A stretch of 51,143 nucleotides of DNA from Archaeoglobaceae archaeon (GCA_038893835.1 JAWAQR010000008.1:1-51143), one strand, 5' to 3'; counted from the first letter of the stretch, positions 36,647-48,381 are shown. The notes: generated by a model from the sequence alone, not told the origin. Program-made: numbers and translations.

Positions 36647-37259
36647 CCCCAACCTTCTTACAAACATCGCTTACTGGACATTCATCGCAAATCGGTTTCC
36701 TAGGCAGGCAGACTGTTTGCCCAAATCCAACGAATACGTAATTTATCTTGCTCCATAGCTCTTTTGGAAATAACTTTTTTAACTCCTCCTCCGTCTCCTC
36801 AGGTCTCTTCGTCTTCACAAGTCCAAGTCTATTCGAGATTCTGTGAACATGCGTATCCACAGCTATCGCTGGTTTACCGAGATAAGAGAGTAAAATGTTA
36901 GCAGTTTTCCTTCCAACTCCAGGTAACTCCAGAAGTTCCTCAAGAGTTTCTGGAAAACTCCTTTTACTCAAAATTTCAGCCAATTCTTTTATTCTCTTCG
37001 CCTTTACCCTGTAGAAACCAACGTTCCTTATCAAATCCTCAATTTCCTCAATCTCCATCTTCGCAATGTCTTCGACTGTCTTGGCTCTAGAAAAAAGTCT
37101 TTCTACAGCTCTTGCTGTCTGTTCATCACGGGTTCTTGCGCTTAAAATCGTTGCAATGAGCACTTGAAAAGGTTCGAGTTTTGTGCTATGTAAGAAAACT
37201 GGTGCCCCCCTCTTTCTAGCTTCGACCTCCATCTTCTGCAGCAATGTGCTTAAGTCCAC
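36585..37259 (-). CDS. nth: Endonuclease III
   Basis: PFQVLIATILSART.D, GFYRVKA, HhH LPGVGRKTAN, AVDTHVHRI, C.PRKP.C..CP....C. Start moved to GTG 37259. Confidence 0.93.
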   Translation of the reverse strand: MDLSTLLQKMEVEARKRGAPVFLHSTKLEPFQVLIATILSARTRDEQTARAVERLFSRAKTVEDIAKMEIEEIEDLIRNVGFYRVKAKRIKELAEILSKRSFPETLEELLELPGVGRKTANILLSYLGKPAIAVDTHVHRISNRLGLVKTKRPEETEEELKKLFPKELWSKINYVFVGFGQTVCLPRKPICDECPVSDVCKKVGVKGVSDESVSKEYKRSRRKR

Positions 37260-37304
37260 AAAAAAATTCAACAAGTTTTTTAAAAGTTTACACAACTTTT
37301 GAAC

Positions 37305-38288
37305 ATGAAGTTCGATTACGCAAAAGCGGGAGTGGATATAAAGAAGGCTGAAAAGGCCATCAGCACGCTCACGAGCATAGTCAAATATAGGAGAAAAGGT
37401 TTCGGAGAACCTATTTTGCTCTCTCACTATGCTGGAGTCATAGATTGTGGTGATTTTGGAATTGCAATAACAACAGATGGAATTGGGACAAAGATTCTTG
37501 TCGCTATTGCTATGAAAAAGTATTTTGGACTCGGAATTGACTGCGTTGCTGTAAATGTGAACGATTTACTCTCAATCGGTGCAGAACCTTTGGCGATGGT
37601 GGATTATATAGCGATGCAGAAAATAGATGAGGAGATAATTGCAGAGATATCCAGAGGGCTTGAAGAGGGTTGCAGAATTGCAAATATAACTTTAGTCGGT
37701 GGAGAAACGGCTACCCTGACTGATATGATAAATGGTTTTGACTTAGCTGGTACAGCTGTTGGTTATGTTAAAAAGAATAGAATAATAACTGGGAAAAAAA
37801 TCGTTCCTGGAGACGTGATTATGGCCCTTCCCAGTTCTGGAATTCATTGCAATGGGCTTACGCTAGCTAGAAAGGTTATAGAGGCGAATGGTCTTAGCTA
37901 CTTTGACAAATTTGGAGATAAAACGATAGGCGAAGAACTTCTAACTCCTGCAAGGATATACATGGAAGTCTTGGATATCATAAAGGAGTGCGAAGTCCAT
38001 GGACTTGCACACATAACTGGTGGTGCTTTCAGAAAATTGAAAAGGCTAAGAAGTGATGTGAAGTTCGTCATAGATTCTCCACTAAAACCGCATGAGATAT
38101 TCAGGTTTATACAAAAGCTGGGCGACGTGGATGAGGTTGAAATGTACAGAACCTTCAACATGGGAATGGGATTTTTGATAATAGTCCCCGAGTCCGAAGT
38201 TGAGAAAGTTGAGAAGTTTGGTGCTAAGAGGGTTGGTTTCGTAGATGAGGGAGAAGGAGTTTTTGTTAAAGACCTCAGAATCGATTAA
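37305..38288 (+). CDS. purM: Phosphoribosylformylglycinamidine cyclo-ligase (AIR synthetase)
   Basis: [49 protein letters not shown]. Confidence 0.96.
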   Translation: MKFDYAKAGVDIKKAEKAISTLTSIVKYRRKGFGEPILLSHYAGVIDCGDFGIAITTDGIGTKILVAIAMKKYFGLGIDCVAVNVNDLLSIGAEPLAMVDYIAMQKIDEEIIAEISRGLEEGCRIANITLVGGETATLTDMINGFDLAGTAVGYVKKNRIITGKKIVPGDVIMALPSSGIHCNGLTLARKVIEANGLSYFDKFGDKTIGEELLTPARIYMEVLDIIKECEVHGLAHITGGAFRKLKRLRSDVKFVIDSPLKPHEIFRFIQKLGDVDEVEMYRTFNMGMGFLIIVPESEVEKVEKFGAKRVGFVDEGEGVFVKDLRID

Positions 38289-38322
38289 ATGCAAAACTTG
38301 CAGATTTGAACCACCTGAATAC

Positions 38323-38919
38323 GTGTTGAATGCAATAAAACAGAGAATAAGAGAGTTCAAGAAGTTAGGAAGTGATGGGCATGTTAGATTTAATTTCGAA
38401 CCATTCATGGAGCTGGAAATAGATGCAACAATAGAATCCGAGCTCGCTTTTTGCATTTCAACAGCGAATTCATCAGCAAAAGCTGGACTAAAGTTTCAAA
38501 AGATGCTTGAAGACAGAGATATCTTTGCGATGAGTGTGGAAACTTTTGAAGAGCTTTTAAAGAGTGCTGGTGTGAGATTTTATAAGAAAAAAGCTTTTTA
38601 TATAAAAAATGCTATAAATAAAATCCATTCCTTAAATATACCTGAAGATGAGGCTGCAAGGGATCTGCTGGTTAAAGAGATAATGGGGCTCGGTTACAAG
38701 GAAGCTAGCCATTTTTTAAGAAACATAGGAAGAGAGAATTTTGCAATTCTCGACAGACACATGCTAGACTGGCTGAACGTCAAACAGAGAGTTTTGAGCA
38801 GGAAGAAGTACATGGAACTTGAAGAGAAACTAAGAGAGATAGCTAGAAGGATTGGGAAAAGTTTAGCTGAACTTGATCTTTTGATTTGGAGCATGAAAAC
38901 TGGGATGGTTTTGAAGTGA
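38323..38919 (+). CDS. ogg: 8-oxoguanine DNA glycosylase/AP lyase (OGG2 type)
   Basis: ELAFCISTANSSA, GVRF...KA, GLGYKEASHFLRNIG, AILDRH, LDLLIW..KTG.VLK. Start uncertain (GTG 38323 or ATG 38245). Confidence 0.9.
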   Translation: MLNAIKQRIREFKKLGSDGHVRFNFEPFMELEIDATIESELAFCISTANSSAKAGLKFQKMLEDRDIFAMSVETFEELLKSAGVRFYKKKAFYIKNAINKIHSLNIPEDEAARDLLVKEIMGLGYKEASHFLRNIGRENFAILDRHMLDWLNVKQRVLSRKKYMELEEKLREIARRIGKSLAELDLLIWSMKTGMVLK

Positions 38920-38920
38920 T

Positions 38921-39430
38921 TTAAGAGATGCCCTTCGCATGCACTAGGATATGTTTTACCGATCTCTTTATTATTTCAACACCTAGTTTAACAGCTCTCT
39001 TTGATCCGGGTAAGCAAAAGACAACTTTCCCATCTATAACACCTGCCAATGCCCTTGAAAGAATTGCAGAATATCCAACCTCCTCAAAGCTTTTCATTCT
39101 GAAAATTTCACCAAAACCATCAATTTTTTTGTCAAAAATACTTTCAAGAGCCTCAATTGTTAGATCCCTCGGATTTAACCCAGTCCCCCCAGTAAGGATG
39201 CAAACGTCCGCTTTTTTTAGCATTTCAAAAACCGCACTCCTTATCTGAAGAACGTCATCAGGTACTAGGCAATAATCTACAGCTTCCTCCTTGAACTCCT
39301 CAAAGATCAATCTTCCAGATTCATCATCCTCCGGAATACTTTCCAATCCCCTTAAATTCCCATGCTTTTGGAATCTCGAAGTTGAAACCGTTATTATAGC
39401 CAACTTGAACTTCAGATCCCTTTCATGCAT
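38921..39430 (-). CDS. moaB: MogA/MoaB molybdopterin adenylyltransferase
   Basis: ITVS, D.SG, VPDD, TGGTG..PRD.T.EA, GFGE.FR..S, SRA.AG, LPGS. TGATG overlap with fen. Confidence 0.9.
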   Translation of the reverse strand: MHERDLKFKLAIITVSTSRFQKHGNLRGLESIPEDDESGRLIFEEFKEEAVDYCLVPDDVLQIRSAVFEMLKKADVCILTGGTGLNPRDLTIEALESIFDKKIDGFGEIFRMKSFEEVGYSAILSRALAGVIDGKVVFCLPGSKRAVKLGVEIIKRSVKHILVHAKGIS

Positions 39431-40437
39431 CAGAACCACCTTTCCAGCGTGAACTGCGATGGTTTGAACTTCAACTTTTCAAGCGCCTTCTCAACCCTCT
39501 CTCTACTGAAATCGTGCTCTTCGCATAGCATTTCAATAACCTTTTCCCTATCAACTTCTCTAAATTCGATGCGATAGTCTTCCGTAACTTTGGGGTTCAT
39601 GAAGAATTTTCTAATCTCCTCTAAATTCTCTATTTCTACCTTTAACACTTTCAGAACTTTGAAAATGTCCCCATACGTTTTTATATACTGATACGCCTTC
39701 TTAACACCAATTCCCTTCACACCCTCGTTGTAATCTGTTCCAATCAGGATTGCTATGTCTATGAGTTGCTCCCTGCTTATTCCGAGTTTTTTGAGATTAT
39801 CTGCTAAAACGATTATCTCCGGATTCACATCTACGTAAACATTCTTTCCCGGAAGTTTTCTTTTTCCAGTTATCGCGAGGTTCCTCGCAAGCCTAGGGCT
39901 TCCAAAGAGGAGAGAATCATAATCTTGGCTACCTACAAAATCCGCATCACCTCTCAAAACCATGAATGCTGCCTGAGCTTCCCCTTCACTTGGCGCTTGA
40001 ACAAATGGGATACCCATATAGCTAAGCAATCTCTTGGAACTCTCAACGACGAATTCATCAACCTTCGCTGATGCTTGCGCGTATTTTTTCGCATATTCTT
40101 CTCCACTTTGAACTGCTGTTAACCACTTTTCTTCAGCTTCAGCCCTTTTTTTCCTCCTTTCCTCTATTTCAGCCTTTTTGAATTCGGGTGGCTCGCCATC
40201 GAAGACGAAAATTGGCCTAATTCCGAGCTCAAACATGTTTGTAACTCTGTAGAGAAGACCGGATAGGTGAGAAGTTATTCTTCCTTCCGAATCTTTCAAG
40301 GGGGTGCCATCGGGCTGTCTTATTGTGGAAAGGAATTGATATAGGGTGTTAAACGCATCTATCGCAATCTTTTTACCAGAGAGAGCTGATAATTCAACTT
40401 CTTCTTTTTCCAGCAAATCTCCAATATCAGCACCCAT
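39430..40437 (-). CDS. fen: Flap endonuclease 1
   Basis: [49 protein letters not shown]; C-terminal PIP box QFTLERWF. Confidence 0.97.
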   Translation of the reverse strand: MGADIGDLLEKEEVELSALSGKKIAIDAFNTLYQFLSTIRQPDGTPLKDSEGRITSHLSGLLYRVTNMFELGIRPIFVFDGEPPEFKKAEIEERRKKRAEAEEKWLTAVQSGEEYAKKYAQASAKVDEFVVESSKRLLSYMGIPFVQAPSEGEAQAAFMVLRGDADFVGSQDYDSLLFGSPRLARNLAITGKRKLPGKNVYVDVNPEIIVLADNLKKLGISREQLIDIAILIGTDYNEGVKGIGVKKAYQYIKTYGDIFKVLKVLKVEIENLEEIRKFFMNPKVTEDYRIEFREVDREKVIEMLCEEHDFSRERVEKALEKLKFKPSQFTLERWF

Positions 40438-40511
40438 AGATTCATTACAACCCAAATTTTTTAAGCTTTTTTAATCCAAAAATTTTTAAACCCTAGTTGT
40501 AAAAATCTGCA

Positions 40512-41099
40512 ATGATTGCAATAGTGAACTACGGAGTTGGAAATTTGAAGAGCGTTTTAAAGGCAATAGAGGCTGTTGGAGGCAAGGCAAAAATAACTTC
40601 GAACATAGAGGAAATCCAGAAGGCAAGTGGGATTGTATTTCCAGGAGTTGGGGCGTTTAGAACTGCAATAGAAAAGCTTAGACCAATTAAAGAAAAGCTT
40701 CCAGAAGTTCCAAAGCTTGGAATATGTCTTGGAATGCAGCTTTTTGCAACCAGGAGCTATGAGAATGGGATTTACGAGGGTTTGAACATCGTCCCTGGAG
40801 AAGTTGTTAAGCTTCCTCCATTCGCCGGAAAAATCCCACATATGGGATGGAATGAGCTGATAATAAAAAAGGAGAGCGAACTGTTCGATGGAATTGAGAA
40901 TGGGAGCATGTTTTACTTCGTCCATTCTTACTATTTGAGGACGGATGAGAAGTTCATCGTAGCTGAAACGAACTATGGCATAACTTTTCCATCCGCAGTA
41001 GAAGCTGGAAGCTGTTATGGGGTTCAATTCCATCCGGAGAAAAGTGGAAAAAAGGGTCTAACAATTTTGGAGAACTTTCTTAGAATAACGAAATCTTAA
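40512..41099 (+). CDS. hisH: Imidazole glycerol phosphate synthase, glutaminase subunit
   Basis: YGVGNL.S, PGVGAF, GICLGMQ, PHMGWN, YFVHSY, QFHPEKS. Confidence 0.96.
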   Translation: MIAIVNYGVGNLKSVLKAIEAVGGKAKITSNIEEIQKASGIVFPGVGAFRTAIEKLRPIKEKLPEVPKLGICLGMQLFATRSYENGIYEGLNIVPGEVVKLPPFAGKIPHMGWNELIIKKESELFDGIENGSMFYFVHSYYLRTDEKFIVAETNYGITFPSAVEAGSCYGVQFHPEKSGKKGLTILENFLRITKS

Positions 41100-41836
41100 T
41101 CCAGAAAAACTGGCTGAGAAAGAATTTTACTCTGCAACATCTTTTCAAAAAACCGCTCATCTTTAAGCACAGCTCTAGCTGCAGAGACCATCTTTGCTCC
41201 AGCCCCTATAATCCTTTCTCCCGATGGAATATCAACAAAGGAGTTATTTCCAATCAAAAAACCTAGCGGTGAGAGAGTTTCAATTAACGCAATATCGCAA
41301 CCCCCATTCGGTAGCATGGCATCCAAATGCACGATTTTGCATCCATTTTCAAATAGCTTTCTACAAATTGCATAGTAATCAAGTTTATGTCCCCCTCTTA
41401 TCTTCACAGCTGTTATTGCAATTTTTGAGACTTCCCTCACAATTCTTAGCAATTCTTCAAAATTAAAAAGTAGCCACTCACCGCATCTTGCAGAAATAAA
41501 CTCTGGCTGTCTGCAATGTGCATTTATTTCTATAATCCCTCCATAGTTTTCCACAAGCCTTGCAACTTCAAGATACCCCTCGAGAGTTGATGATCTAACG
41601 TTTACCGCAAATTTCCTATTCCCCATCGCCTTTATTTCCCTTTCAATCCCCTCAATAGGATCTTCAAATATGAATTCCTTCCTTCCTCTCTCCACAACTT
41701 TCCTTCCAGCTTCCATCGCATTTTTATCCGCATTAAATCCACCAAGGATTAGCAAGGAAGCTTTATGCCTCTTGCAAAACTCCGCATTATTTATTCCAGC
41801 CATTGCGGAAAGGACGAGACGATTCTCAAAAAACAT
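41096..41836 (-). CDS. Dihydrouridine-synthase-like TIM-barrel flavoprotein (MJ0144-like)
   Basis: LSAMAGI, GRKEF, VNVR, EINAHCRQPE, VKIR, H.DAM, IGNNS, VS.ARA. Confidence 0.82.
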   Translation of the reverse strand: MFFENRLVLSAMAGINNAEFCKRHKASLLILGGFNADKNAMEAGRKVVERGRKEFIFEDPIEGIEREIKAMGNRKFAVNVRSSTLEGYLEVARLVENYGGIIEINAHCRQPEFISARCGEWLLFNFEELLRIVREVSKIAITAVKIRGGHKLDYYAICRKLFENGCKIVHLDAMLPNGGCDIALIETLSPLGFLIGNNSFVDIPSGERIIGAGAKMVSAARAVLKDERFFEKMLQSKILSQPVFLD

Positions 41837-42644
41837 CCCTTAACTCACCATCGAAAACACGAGTAGCTGAGCCTGTAAGATATGCTCTCTCTCCAACTTC
41901 TATTTTCAAAATTCCCCCCTTTGTTACAACTTCAGCCTTTTCAGCGATTCCAAGTCTTTTTGCAACTGCAACAATAGCGACGCTGCCAGTTCCACAGCTT
42001 AAGGTTTCATTCTCAACCCCTCTTTCATAAGTTCTGGCATAAAATTTCCCATTTTCAAATTTTGCAAAGTTTACATTTGTACCCTCTGGAAAGAGATCTG
42101 AATAGCGAATTTTTCTTGCAATCGGAATTATGTCGAAATCGATGTCCTCGACAAAGATAACGACATGTGGAACTCCTGTGTTCACAGCATATAATTTATA
42201 CTTTTTACAATCAAATTCAAAGTCTATTCCCCAAACATCCTTTTTCGCCGGAATTTTCGATGCTTCAAATTCCGGTTTTCCCATATCCACCTTTATCCAC
42301 CATTTTCCATCAAAGCTGACATCTAGTTCTTTTATTCCTGCAAGTGTTTCAACTCTGAGCTTTCCAAGTTTTGCATATCCTTCTTCAACAACATATCTTG
42401 AGAAGCACCTTATCCCATTTCCGCACATCTTTGCCTCGCTTCCATCTGGATTGAAAAATCTGAACTTTGCATCAGCGAGCTTGGATGGTTGAACAAAGAT
42501 TACTCCGTCTGCACCAACTGCAAAATTCCTATTGCAAATCCACCTTGCAAATTCCGCTTTCTTTTCCTCCGGAACCAAAGTTTTTCTAAATTCATCTATT
42601 ACAACGAAGTCGTTTCCATTTCCATGCATCTTCGTGAATCTCAT
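41826..42644 (-). CDS. dapF: Diaminopimelate epimerase
   Basis: FTKMHGNGNDF, GADG, N.DGSEA.MCGNGIRC, GVPH, ERGVENETLSCGTG. Confidence 0.96.
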   Translation of the reverse strand: MRFTKMHGNGNDFVVIDEFRKTLVPEEKKAEFARWICNRNFAVGADGVIFVQPSKLADAKFRFFNPDGSEAKMCGNGIRCFSRYVVEEGYAKLGKLRVETLAGIKELDVSFDGKWWIKVDMGKPEFEASKIPAKKDVWGIDFEFDCKKYKLYAVNTGVPHVVIFVEDIDFDIIPIARKIRYSDLFPEGTNVNFAKFENGKFYARTYERGVENETLSCGTGSVAIVAVAKRLGIAEKAEVVTKGGILKIEVGERAYLTGSATRVFDGELRDVF

Positions 42645-44134
42645 TTCCTACCCCTCGCGAGCAGGAAGTTGACGGCATTTATTACAGCGTCGAAAGAGGC
42701 CATCACTATATCCTGAGAAGCCCCTCTTGAAGTAAAAACGTTTCCATTCTCATCTTCAACGGTAACGTAAACTTCTGCAATAGCATCACTCCCACCGCTG
42801 ATCGCATCCAATCTGAACTCCTTTATCTGCATTTTCCCTCCTACCAACTGCAAAACTGCTTTTAGCGAAGCGTCTACTGGTCCTACTCCAATTGCAGATG
42901 CGACCATTTTGTTTCCAAAGACTTTGGCGTTAACAACAGCTGTTGGTGTGATCTTGTTTCCCGTGATCACAGTTATCTCATCCACTTCCACAACTTTCTT
43001 TTCACTCATTTCACCAAGGACTATTTCAGCTATTGTGAACAAATCCCTGTCTGTCAATTTCTTACCCTTATCTCCCAATTCTTTTACCTTTTCAAATATC
43101 TTGTTCAAAGCATCTTCTCCAATCGTGTATCCGGCATCTTCAAGAATCTTCTTTATCTGATACCTTCCAGCATGCTTTCCAATGACAATTCTCCTTCTAT
43201 GTCCAACCATCTCTGGCTTTAGTATGCCAGGCTCGAAGGTTGACGATTCTTTCAAAACTCCATGTGCATGGATCCCGCTTTCATGACTAAAAGCATTCTC
43301 ACCAACGATTGGTGTATTCGGTGGCATTTTAACTCCAGTTAATCTTTCAACAAGCTTAGAAGTGTCGTAAAGAAGTTCAGTCTTTATGTTCGTCTTTATT
43401 CCTTCGATCGAGTGCAGGATCATTACAACTTGTTCAAGACTGGCATTACCAGCTCTTTCACCAATTCCATTCACAGTAACCTGAACTTCATCAGCTCCAG
43501 CAAGAACTGCTGCATATGTGTTTGCAACAGCTAAGCCAAAGTCGTTATGGCAATGAACGTCTATATTAACCTTCAGCTCCTCCCTAAGCTTCTTAACGAG
43601 TTCATAAAATCTGAATGGAGTTGCTATGCCAACGGTATCTGGGATGTTGATCACATCTACTCCAGCATTTTCAACTGCTTTATAAATCCTTCTTAGAAAC
43701 TCGAATTCACTTCTAGTTGCGTCCATTGCTGAAAACATACACTTCACACCATGCGATTTTATGTATTCAACACAATCAATAGATTTTTCAATTATTTCAT
43801 CATAGCTCAGCTTCAGCGTATGTTCTATTTGAACCTTCGAAGCTGGTGTGAAGATGTGGACCATGTCCACATCAGTTTTTATCGCAGCATCTATGTCCTC
43901 CTTCATTATCCTGGCAAGGGCACAAATTTCCGCATTCAATCCAAGCGAAGCTATTTCTTTCACAGATTCAAATTCCCCCTTAGAAGCAGCTGGAAATCCA
44001 GCTTCTATCACATCAACTCCAAGCCTGTCTAGAGCTTTTGCTATCTGAACTTTGTAAAGAGGAGTAAGGGAAACTCCTGGCATTTGCTCTCCATCTCTGA
44101 GCGTGGTGTCGAAGATCTTAACTACTCTCATCAT
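42641..44134 (-). CDS. leuA: 2-isopropylmalate synthase / citramalate synthase family (DRE-TIM plus regulatory domain)
   Basis: DTTLRDGEQ, IEAGFP, PDTVG, HCHNDFGLA.AN, GERAGN, HESGIH, GVGPVDA. LeuA versus CimA not resolvable by eye. Confidence 0.8.
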   Translation of the reverse strand: MMRVVKIFDTTLRDGEQMPGVSLTPLYKVQIAKALDRLGVDVIEAGFPAASKGEFESVKEIASLGLNAEICALARIMKEDIDAAIKTDVDMVHIFTPASKVQIEHTLKLSYDEIIEKSIDCVEYIKSHGVKCMFSAMDATRSEFEFLRRIYKAVENAGVDVINIPDTVGIATPFRFYELVKKLREELKVNIDVHCHNDFGLAVANTYAAVLAGADEVQVTVNGIGERAGNASLEQVVMILHSIEGIKTNIKTELLYDTSKLVERLTGVKMPPNTPIVGENAFSHESGIHAHGVLKESSTFEPGILKPEMVGHRRRIVIGKHAGRYQIKKILEDAGYTIGEDALNKIFEKVKELGDKGKKLTDRDLFTIAEIVLGEMSEKKVVEVDEITVITGNKITPTAVVNAKVFGNKMVASAIGVGPVDASLKAVLQLVGGKMQIKEFRLDAISGGSDAIAEVYVTVEDENGNVFTSRGASQDIVMASFDAVINAVNFLLARGRK

Positions 44135-44221
44135 CCAACAAACTCGTTTTTGGCTAAATCGTTTTCGGTAATTGAAATAAAATGAATTTTTAATTATAAA
44201 ATATTTAGTTTAATACAAAGA

Positions 44222-44267
44222 GAATACGTATTCCAGATTCCGAAATTATTCAAATTCTGTATTTGAA
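44222..44267. promoter_or_regulatory. Two palindromes in the divergent leuA/pycA promoter region
   Basis: GAATACGTATTC (44222-44233, perfect) and TTCAAAT-N5-ATTTGAA (44249-44267), just upstream of TTTATTTAAA/TTTAAAAA TATA-like boxes. Confidence 0.4.
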
Positions 44268-44317
44268 CGGTTTATTTAAAAGAAAAGTTTAAAAATCGAC
44301 CTATTAATGGCGAAAGG

Positions 44318-45829
44318 ATGTTTAAAAAAATTCTCGTAGCAAATAGAGGAGAAATAGCGATCAGAATCATGAGAGCTTGTAGAGAGTTAGGGATTAGAAG
44401 CGTTGCGATTTATAGCTCGGCAGATGAAAAAGCTTTGCACAGATTCTATGCAGATGAAGCGTATTACGTCGGAAAAGCACATCCTAGAGAAAGTTATCTT
44501 AACATGGATGCGATAATAAAAATTGCAAAACAGAGCGGAGCTGAAGCAATTCATCCGGGTTATGGATTTCTTTCTGAGAATCCTGAGTTTGCTAAGAGAT
44601 GCGAAGAGGAGGGAATAGTTTTCATAGGTCCATCTTCAGAAGTTCTAAGAATTTCGGGTTCAAAAGTAGAATCAAGAGAGAAGATGATCGCTGCAGGAGT
44701 CCCAGTTATTCCTGGGTCACCTGCTTTAAATAGTGTCGAAGAAGCGTATGAATGGGCAGAAAAATTGGGATATCCCGTTGCAATCAAAGCTTCTGGTGGT
44801 GGTGGAGGGATAGGAATTTCTGTTGTCAAAAGCGAGGATGAGTTGGAGATCGCTTTCAACAGATCCAGAAGTTTTGGAGAGAGATTCTTCAGAGATGCAA
44901 CTGTTTATATGGAAAAATGGTTTGCGAGGCCTAGGCATATCGAAGTTCAAGTACTGAGTGATGGGAGAAACTTCGTATACCTTGGCGAGAGAGAATGCAG
45001 CATCCAGCGTAGGAATCAAAAGTTGATCGAAGAAACACCATCACCGGCTTTGGATGCTGAGATGAGGGAGAAAATAGGAAAGATTGCAATAAAGGGGGCA
45101 AAGAGCATAGGTTACAAAAACGCAGGAACCTTTGAATTTCTATACGAGAACGGAAACTTCTACTTTTTAGAAATAAACGCAAGGATTCAGGTTGAGCACA
45201 CGATAACCGAGATTGTAACAGGGATAGACATAGTGAAGGAGCAGATAAAGATCGCATATGGTTATGAACTTGAGTATGAACAGGATGAAATAGCACTTCG
45301 AGGAAATGCTATGCAGTTCAGGATATACTCTGAAGATCCGATCAACTTCATACCTCTGGGTGGTAGAATAGAATTTTACAGAAGCCCTGGAGGTTTCGGG
45401 GTTAGAATTGACAGTGCAGTTCACATAGGCTGCATAATTCCAGAGGAATATGATCCACTTATTTCCAAGCTCACAGTATTTGGCAGAAATAGGGCTGAAG
45501 TAATAGCAAGGGCCAAAAGAGCTCTATCTGAATACGTCATCACTGGAATCACAACCAACATACCACTACATATGGCAATAATTGATGATGATGAATTTGT
45601 AAAGGGAAACATTCACACCAAGTTCATAGAGGAGAGAAGGATAGTCGAAAGGGTTCCGAAGTACGTTGAAAGGTACATCCAGATTCAGGAGAAACTTAGC
45701 AATATTTTTCTGAGACATGAAGAAGAGAAACTGAGGGAAAAGATAAAGAAATTCTATAAACCAGTTCAAATAAAGAATGAAGAACTTGAAGAGAGACTTT
45801 GGAGAATATATACTTCACTCGGACGCTAG
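44318..45829 (+). CDS. pycA: Biotin carboxylase (pyruvate carboxylase subunit A)
   Basis: [65 protein letters not shown]. Confidence 0.9.
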   Translation: MFKKILVANRGEIAIRIMRACRELGIRSVAIYSSADEKALHRFYADEAYYVGKAHPRESYLNMDAIIKIAKQSGAEAIHPGYGFLSENPEFAKRCEEEGIVFIGPSSEVLRISGSKVESREKMIAAGVPVIPGSPALNSVEEAYEWAEKLGYPVAIKASGGGGGIGISVVKSEDELEIAFNRSRSFGERFFRDATVYMEKWFARPRHIEVQVLSDGRNFVYLGERECSIQRRNQKLIEETPSPALDAEMREKIGKIAIKGAKSIGYKNAGTFEFLYENGNFYFLEINARIQVEHTITEIVTGIDIVKEQIKIAYGYELEYEQDEIALRGNAMQFRIYSEDPINFIPLGGRIEFYRSPGGFGVRIDSAVHIGCIIPEEYDPLISKLTVFGRNRAEVIARAKRALSEYVITGITTNIPLHMAIIDDDEFVKGNIHTKFIEERRIVERVPKYVERYIQIQEKLSNIFLRHEEEKLREKIKKFYKPVQIKNEELEERLWRIYTSLGR

Positions 45830-46969
45830 AAATTCCTCCTCTCTGCCAAGCTTTCTTATTAATTCCATTTGTTTCAGAGCTAGCTCTCTGGCTTCCTTAA
45901 GATTCGTTCGCATTATCACTTTTCCTTTTTCGATATACTTCTTCAACATCGGTTCTTTTCCATCTGGTTTTTCCTCATTAAAGAGTCTTATCTCATCCTC
46001 CAGCGAATTCCAGTCTCTGTAAACCTGTTTCATCCCGCTTCTTTTCCCCCTTTTAGCGCAGAACTTTCCATCTCTTTCCACTATGTCCATCGCAAAATCG
46101 ATTGGCTTTGCAGCACTTATAGAAGTTCCAACGCCAAAAGCATCTGCTAAGTCTCGAAGAGCTATTATATCTTCAAGTTTCAATCCACCGCTCAAAAAGA
46201 TCTTCACGTTCTCCTTTCCCCTTATCTTAAGCTCCCATCTCACTTCCTCAATTATCTTTCTGAAGTTCCCTCTTCTCGAAGAAGGTGTATCCAAGCGAAC
46301 TGCATCAACTCTTTTCACATTTTCAACCGCCATTATCGCTTCAGTTTTTTCATCAAAATATGTGTCTATCAACATAGTCCTAGGTACCCTTTCATCCACG
46401 ATCTCGTCGAACGCTTTCCAAGCTTCCACTTGATTTCCAAAGCTTATTATCAGCGCATGTGGCATCGTCCCTATGCTTTCCACACCAAGATACTTTTCTG
46501 CGATGAAATTGCTGACTCCATCGACGCCTCCTATCAAGGCAGATCTTTCTATCATCACAGAAATCGCTGGATGGGCTCTTCTTGTCCCAAATGAATAAAG
46601 CTTTTTATCTCCACAAGCAAGTTTAAACTTGAAACTCTGCTTTGCCACTCCACTTGCATGGCAAAGGAAGCCAAGAATTGCGGTTTCAAATCTGGCAAAA
46701 TCAAGATATCTCCCCACGATCGTCAACACTGGTTCATTTGGAAAGAAAAGAGATCCCTCAGGCATTGCATATACATCTACTGGCAATCCTTCTAGAAGGT
46801 TTAAAACGTCCTCTAGTCCAGCAAAAATTCCCCATTCCGAAGTCGTTACCTCCATTACAACTCTAGGATTTATGCCTTTCGCCTTAAGAACTTTCTCTGT
46901 CCAGATAAAGTATTTATCAGTTGTCAAACCTGCCGCAATATCTTCATCACTCGGTATCAAGAACTTCAT
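45815..46969 (-). CDS. pncB: Nicotinate phosphoribosyltransferase
   Basis: TDKYF, ETAILG, SFGTRR.HP, GTMPHAL, LIDT, VRLDTP.SRRG, SGG, GVGT. Confidence 0.92.
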   Translation of the reverse strand: MKFLIPSDEDIAAGLTTDKYFIWTEKVLKAKGINPRVVMEVTTSEWGIFAGLEDVLNLLEGLPVDVYAMPEGSLFFPNEPVLTIVGRYLDFARFETAILGFLCHASGVAKQSFKFKLACGDKKLYSFGTRRAHPAISVMIERSALIGGVDGVSNFIAEKYLGVESIGTMPHALIISFGNQVEAWKAFDEIVDERVPRTMLIDTYFDEKTEAIMAVENVKRVDAVRLDTPSSRRGNFRKIIEEVRWELKIRGKENVKIFLSGGLKLEDIIALRDLADAFGVGTSISAAKPIDFAMDIVERDGKFCAKRGKRSGMKQVYRDWNSLEDEIRLFNEEKPDGKEPMLKKYIEKGKVIMRTNLKEARELALKQMELIRKLGREEEFLASE

Positions 46970-47250
46970 AAACTGTCACACTCGCATGGTTTTTTACCAC
47001 ACCTTGGGCAGAACATCGGATATTTTTTAAGTATTTCTCCTTCAACATCTATTCCACAAAGATTTGCAAGGCTAACAACCCAGGCAAGAACGTCTGCTAT
47101 TTCCTCACCTATGTTCCCACCCTTTCTAACAGCTTCAGCGAGCTCACCAACCTCTTCCACGATCCACAACATCGTCTTTTCGATACCTCTTTGTTTGTCC
47201 TTGTGGAAATATAACTCGGCTATCAATTTCTGAAATTCGCTTATCTCCAT
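46966..47250 (-). CDS. MazG-like nucleotide pyrophosphohydrolase
   Basis: [21 protein letters not shown]; C-terminal CPRC..PC.C. Confidence 0.9.
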   Translation of the reverse strand: MEISEFQKLIAELYFHKDKQRGIEKTMLWIVEEVGELAEAVRKGGNIGEEIADVLAWVVSLANLCGIDVEGEILKKYPMFCPRCGKKPCECDSL

Positions 47251-48059
47251 CTAACCTTCACACCCCTCTCACTCAGATATCTCTTTACTTCCTCAATCGT
47301 GATCTCCCTATAGTGGAAAATACTTGCAGCAAGACAAGCGTCGGCTTTAGCCTTTACAAATCCATCATAAAAGTGTTCAAGCTTTCCAGCACCGCCAGAG
47401 GCTATTACAGGTATGTTCACTTCCTCGCTTATCTTTTTAGTTATCGGAATATCATAGCCATCCTTTGTCCCATCTCTATCCATGGAAGTTAACAGAATTT
47501 CTCCTGCTCCAAGTTTTTCAACCTTCTTTGCCCAGGAAACTGCATCGATTCCTGTCGCCTTTCTGCCACCGTATATATAAACTTCATACCAAGCTTTTCT
47601 TCCATCCTCGAGCTCCAAAATGTTTTCCCCGCTTTTAAGATCGAAATTTCTCTTGCAATCTATTGCCACAACGATGCACTGACTTCCAAATATTTCTGAA
47701 GCAATTTTAATAAATTCCGGATTCTTCACAGCATGTGTATTTATGGAAACCTTGTCAGCTCCGGCGGAGAGAATTCTTTCAATATCATCCAAACTCCTTA
47801 TCCCTCCTCCAACAGTTAATGGAATGAATACTTCCTCTGCCGTCCTTTCTATGACATCGATCATAATTTCCCTTCCCTCTGGAGAGGCTGTGATGTCAAG
47901 AAAAACGAGTTCATCTGCCCCCTCTTCATCATATCTCTTTGCAAGCTCAACAGGATCTCCAGCATTGCGAAGATTCAGAAATTCTACGCCCTTAACCACA
48001 GTTGCTTTTCCTTCCTTGAAGGTAACGTCGAGACAAGGAATTATTCTTTTTGTCAGCAT
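47241..48059 (-). CDS. hisF: Imidazole glycerol phosphate synthase, cyclase subunit
   Basis: [52 protein letters not shown]. Confidence 0.97.
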   Translation of the reverse strand: MLTKRIIPCLDVTFKEGKATVVKGVEFLNLRNAGDPVELAKRYDEEGADELVFLDITASPEGREIMIDVIERTAEEVFIPLTVGGGIRSLDDIERILSAGADKVSINTHAVKNPEFIKIASEIFGSQCIVVAIDCKRNFDLKSGENILELEDGRKAWYEVYIYGGRKATGIDAVSWAKKVEKLGAGEILLTSMDRDGTKDGYDIPITKKISEEVNIPVIASGGAGKLEHFYDGFVKAKADACLAASIFHYREITIEEVKRYLSERGVKVRWR

Positions 48060-48329
48060 TTATCTTCTCACCTCAAATCTATCAAAATCCCTTACTTCCG
48101 CTTCTTTAACAACGACTTCCCTCACAACTGCAAGCGGTGGACCTTTGCGAACGTTTGCGAGAAACTTTTCTAAAGACTTTTCATCACCAACGGCATAAAT
48201 GTAGACCCTTCCATCCGGAAGATTTTTAACAAAACCTTTAATTCCCAATTCTTTCGCTATTCTGGCTGTAAAATACCTGAAACCAACACCCTGCACCACT
48301 CCACTAACAAGCACTTCGATTGCTTTCAT
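48060..48329 (-). CDS. acyP: Acylphosphatase
   Basis: VSGVVQGVGFR, G.VKNLPDGRV, GPPLA.V. Confidence 0.95.
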   Translation of the reverse strand: MKAIEVLVSGVVQGVGFRYFTARIAKELGIKGFVKNLPDGRVYIYAVGDEKSLEKFLANVRKGPPLAVVREVVVKEAEVRDFDRFEVRR

Positions 48330-48381
48330 CAGATAAGGATCTCGTTGAGTATAAAGATTTTAATCTGAGAGAACTTTTTTC

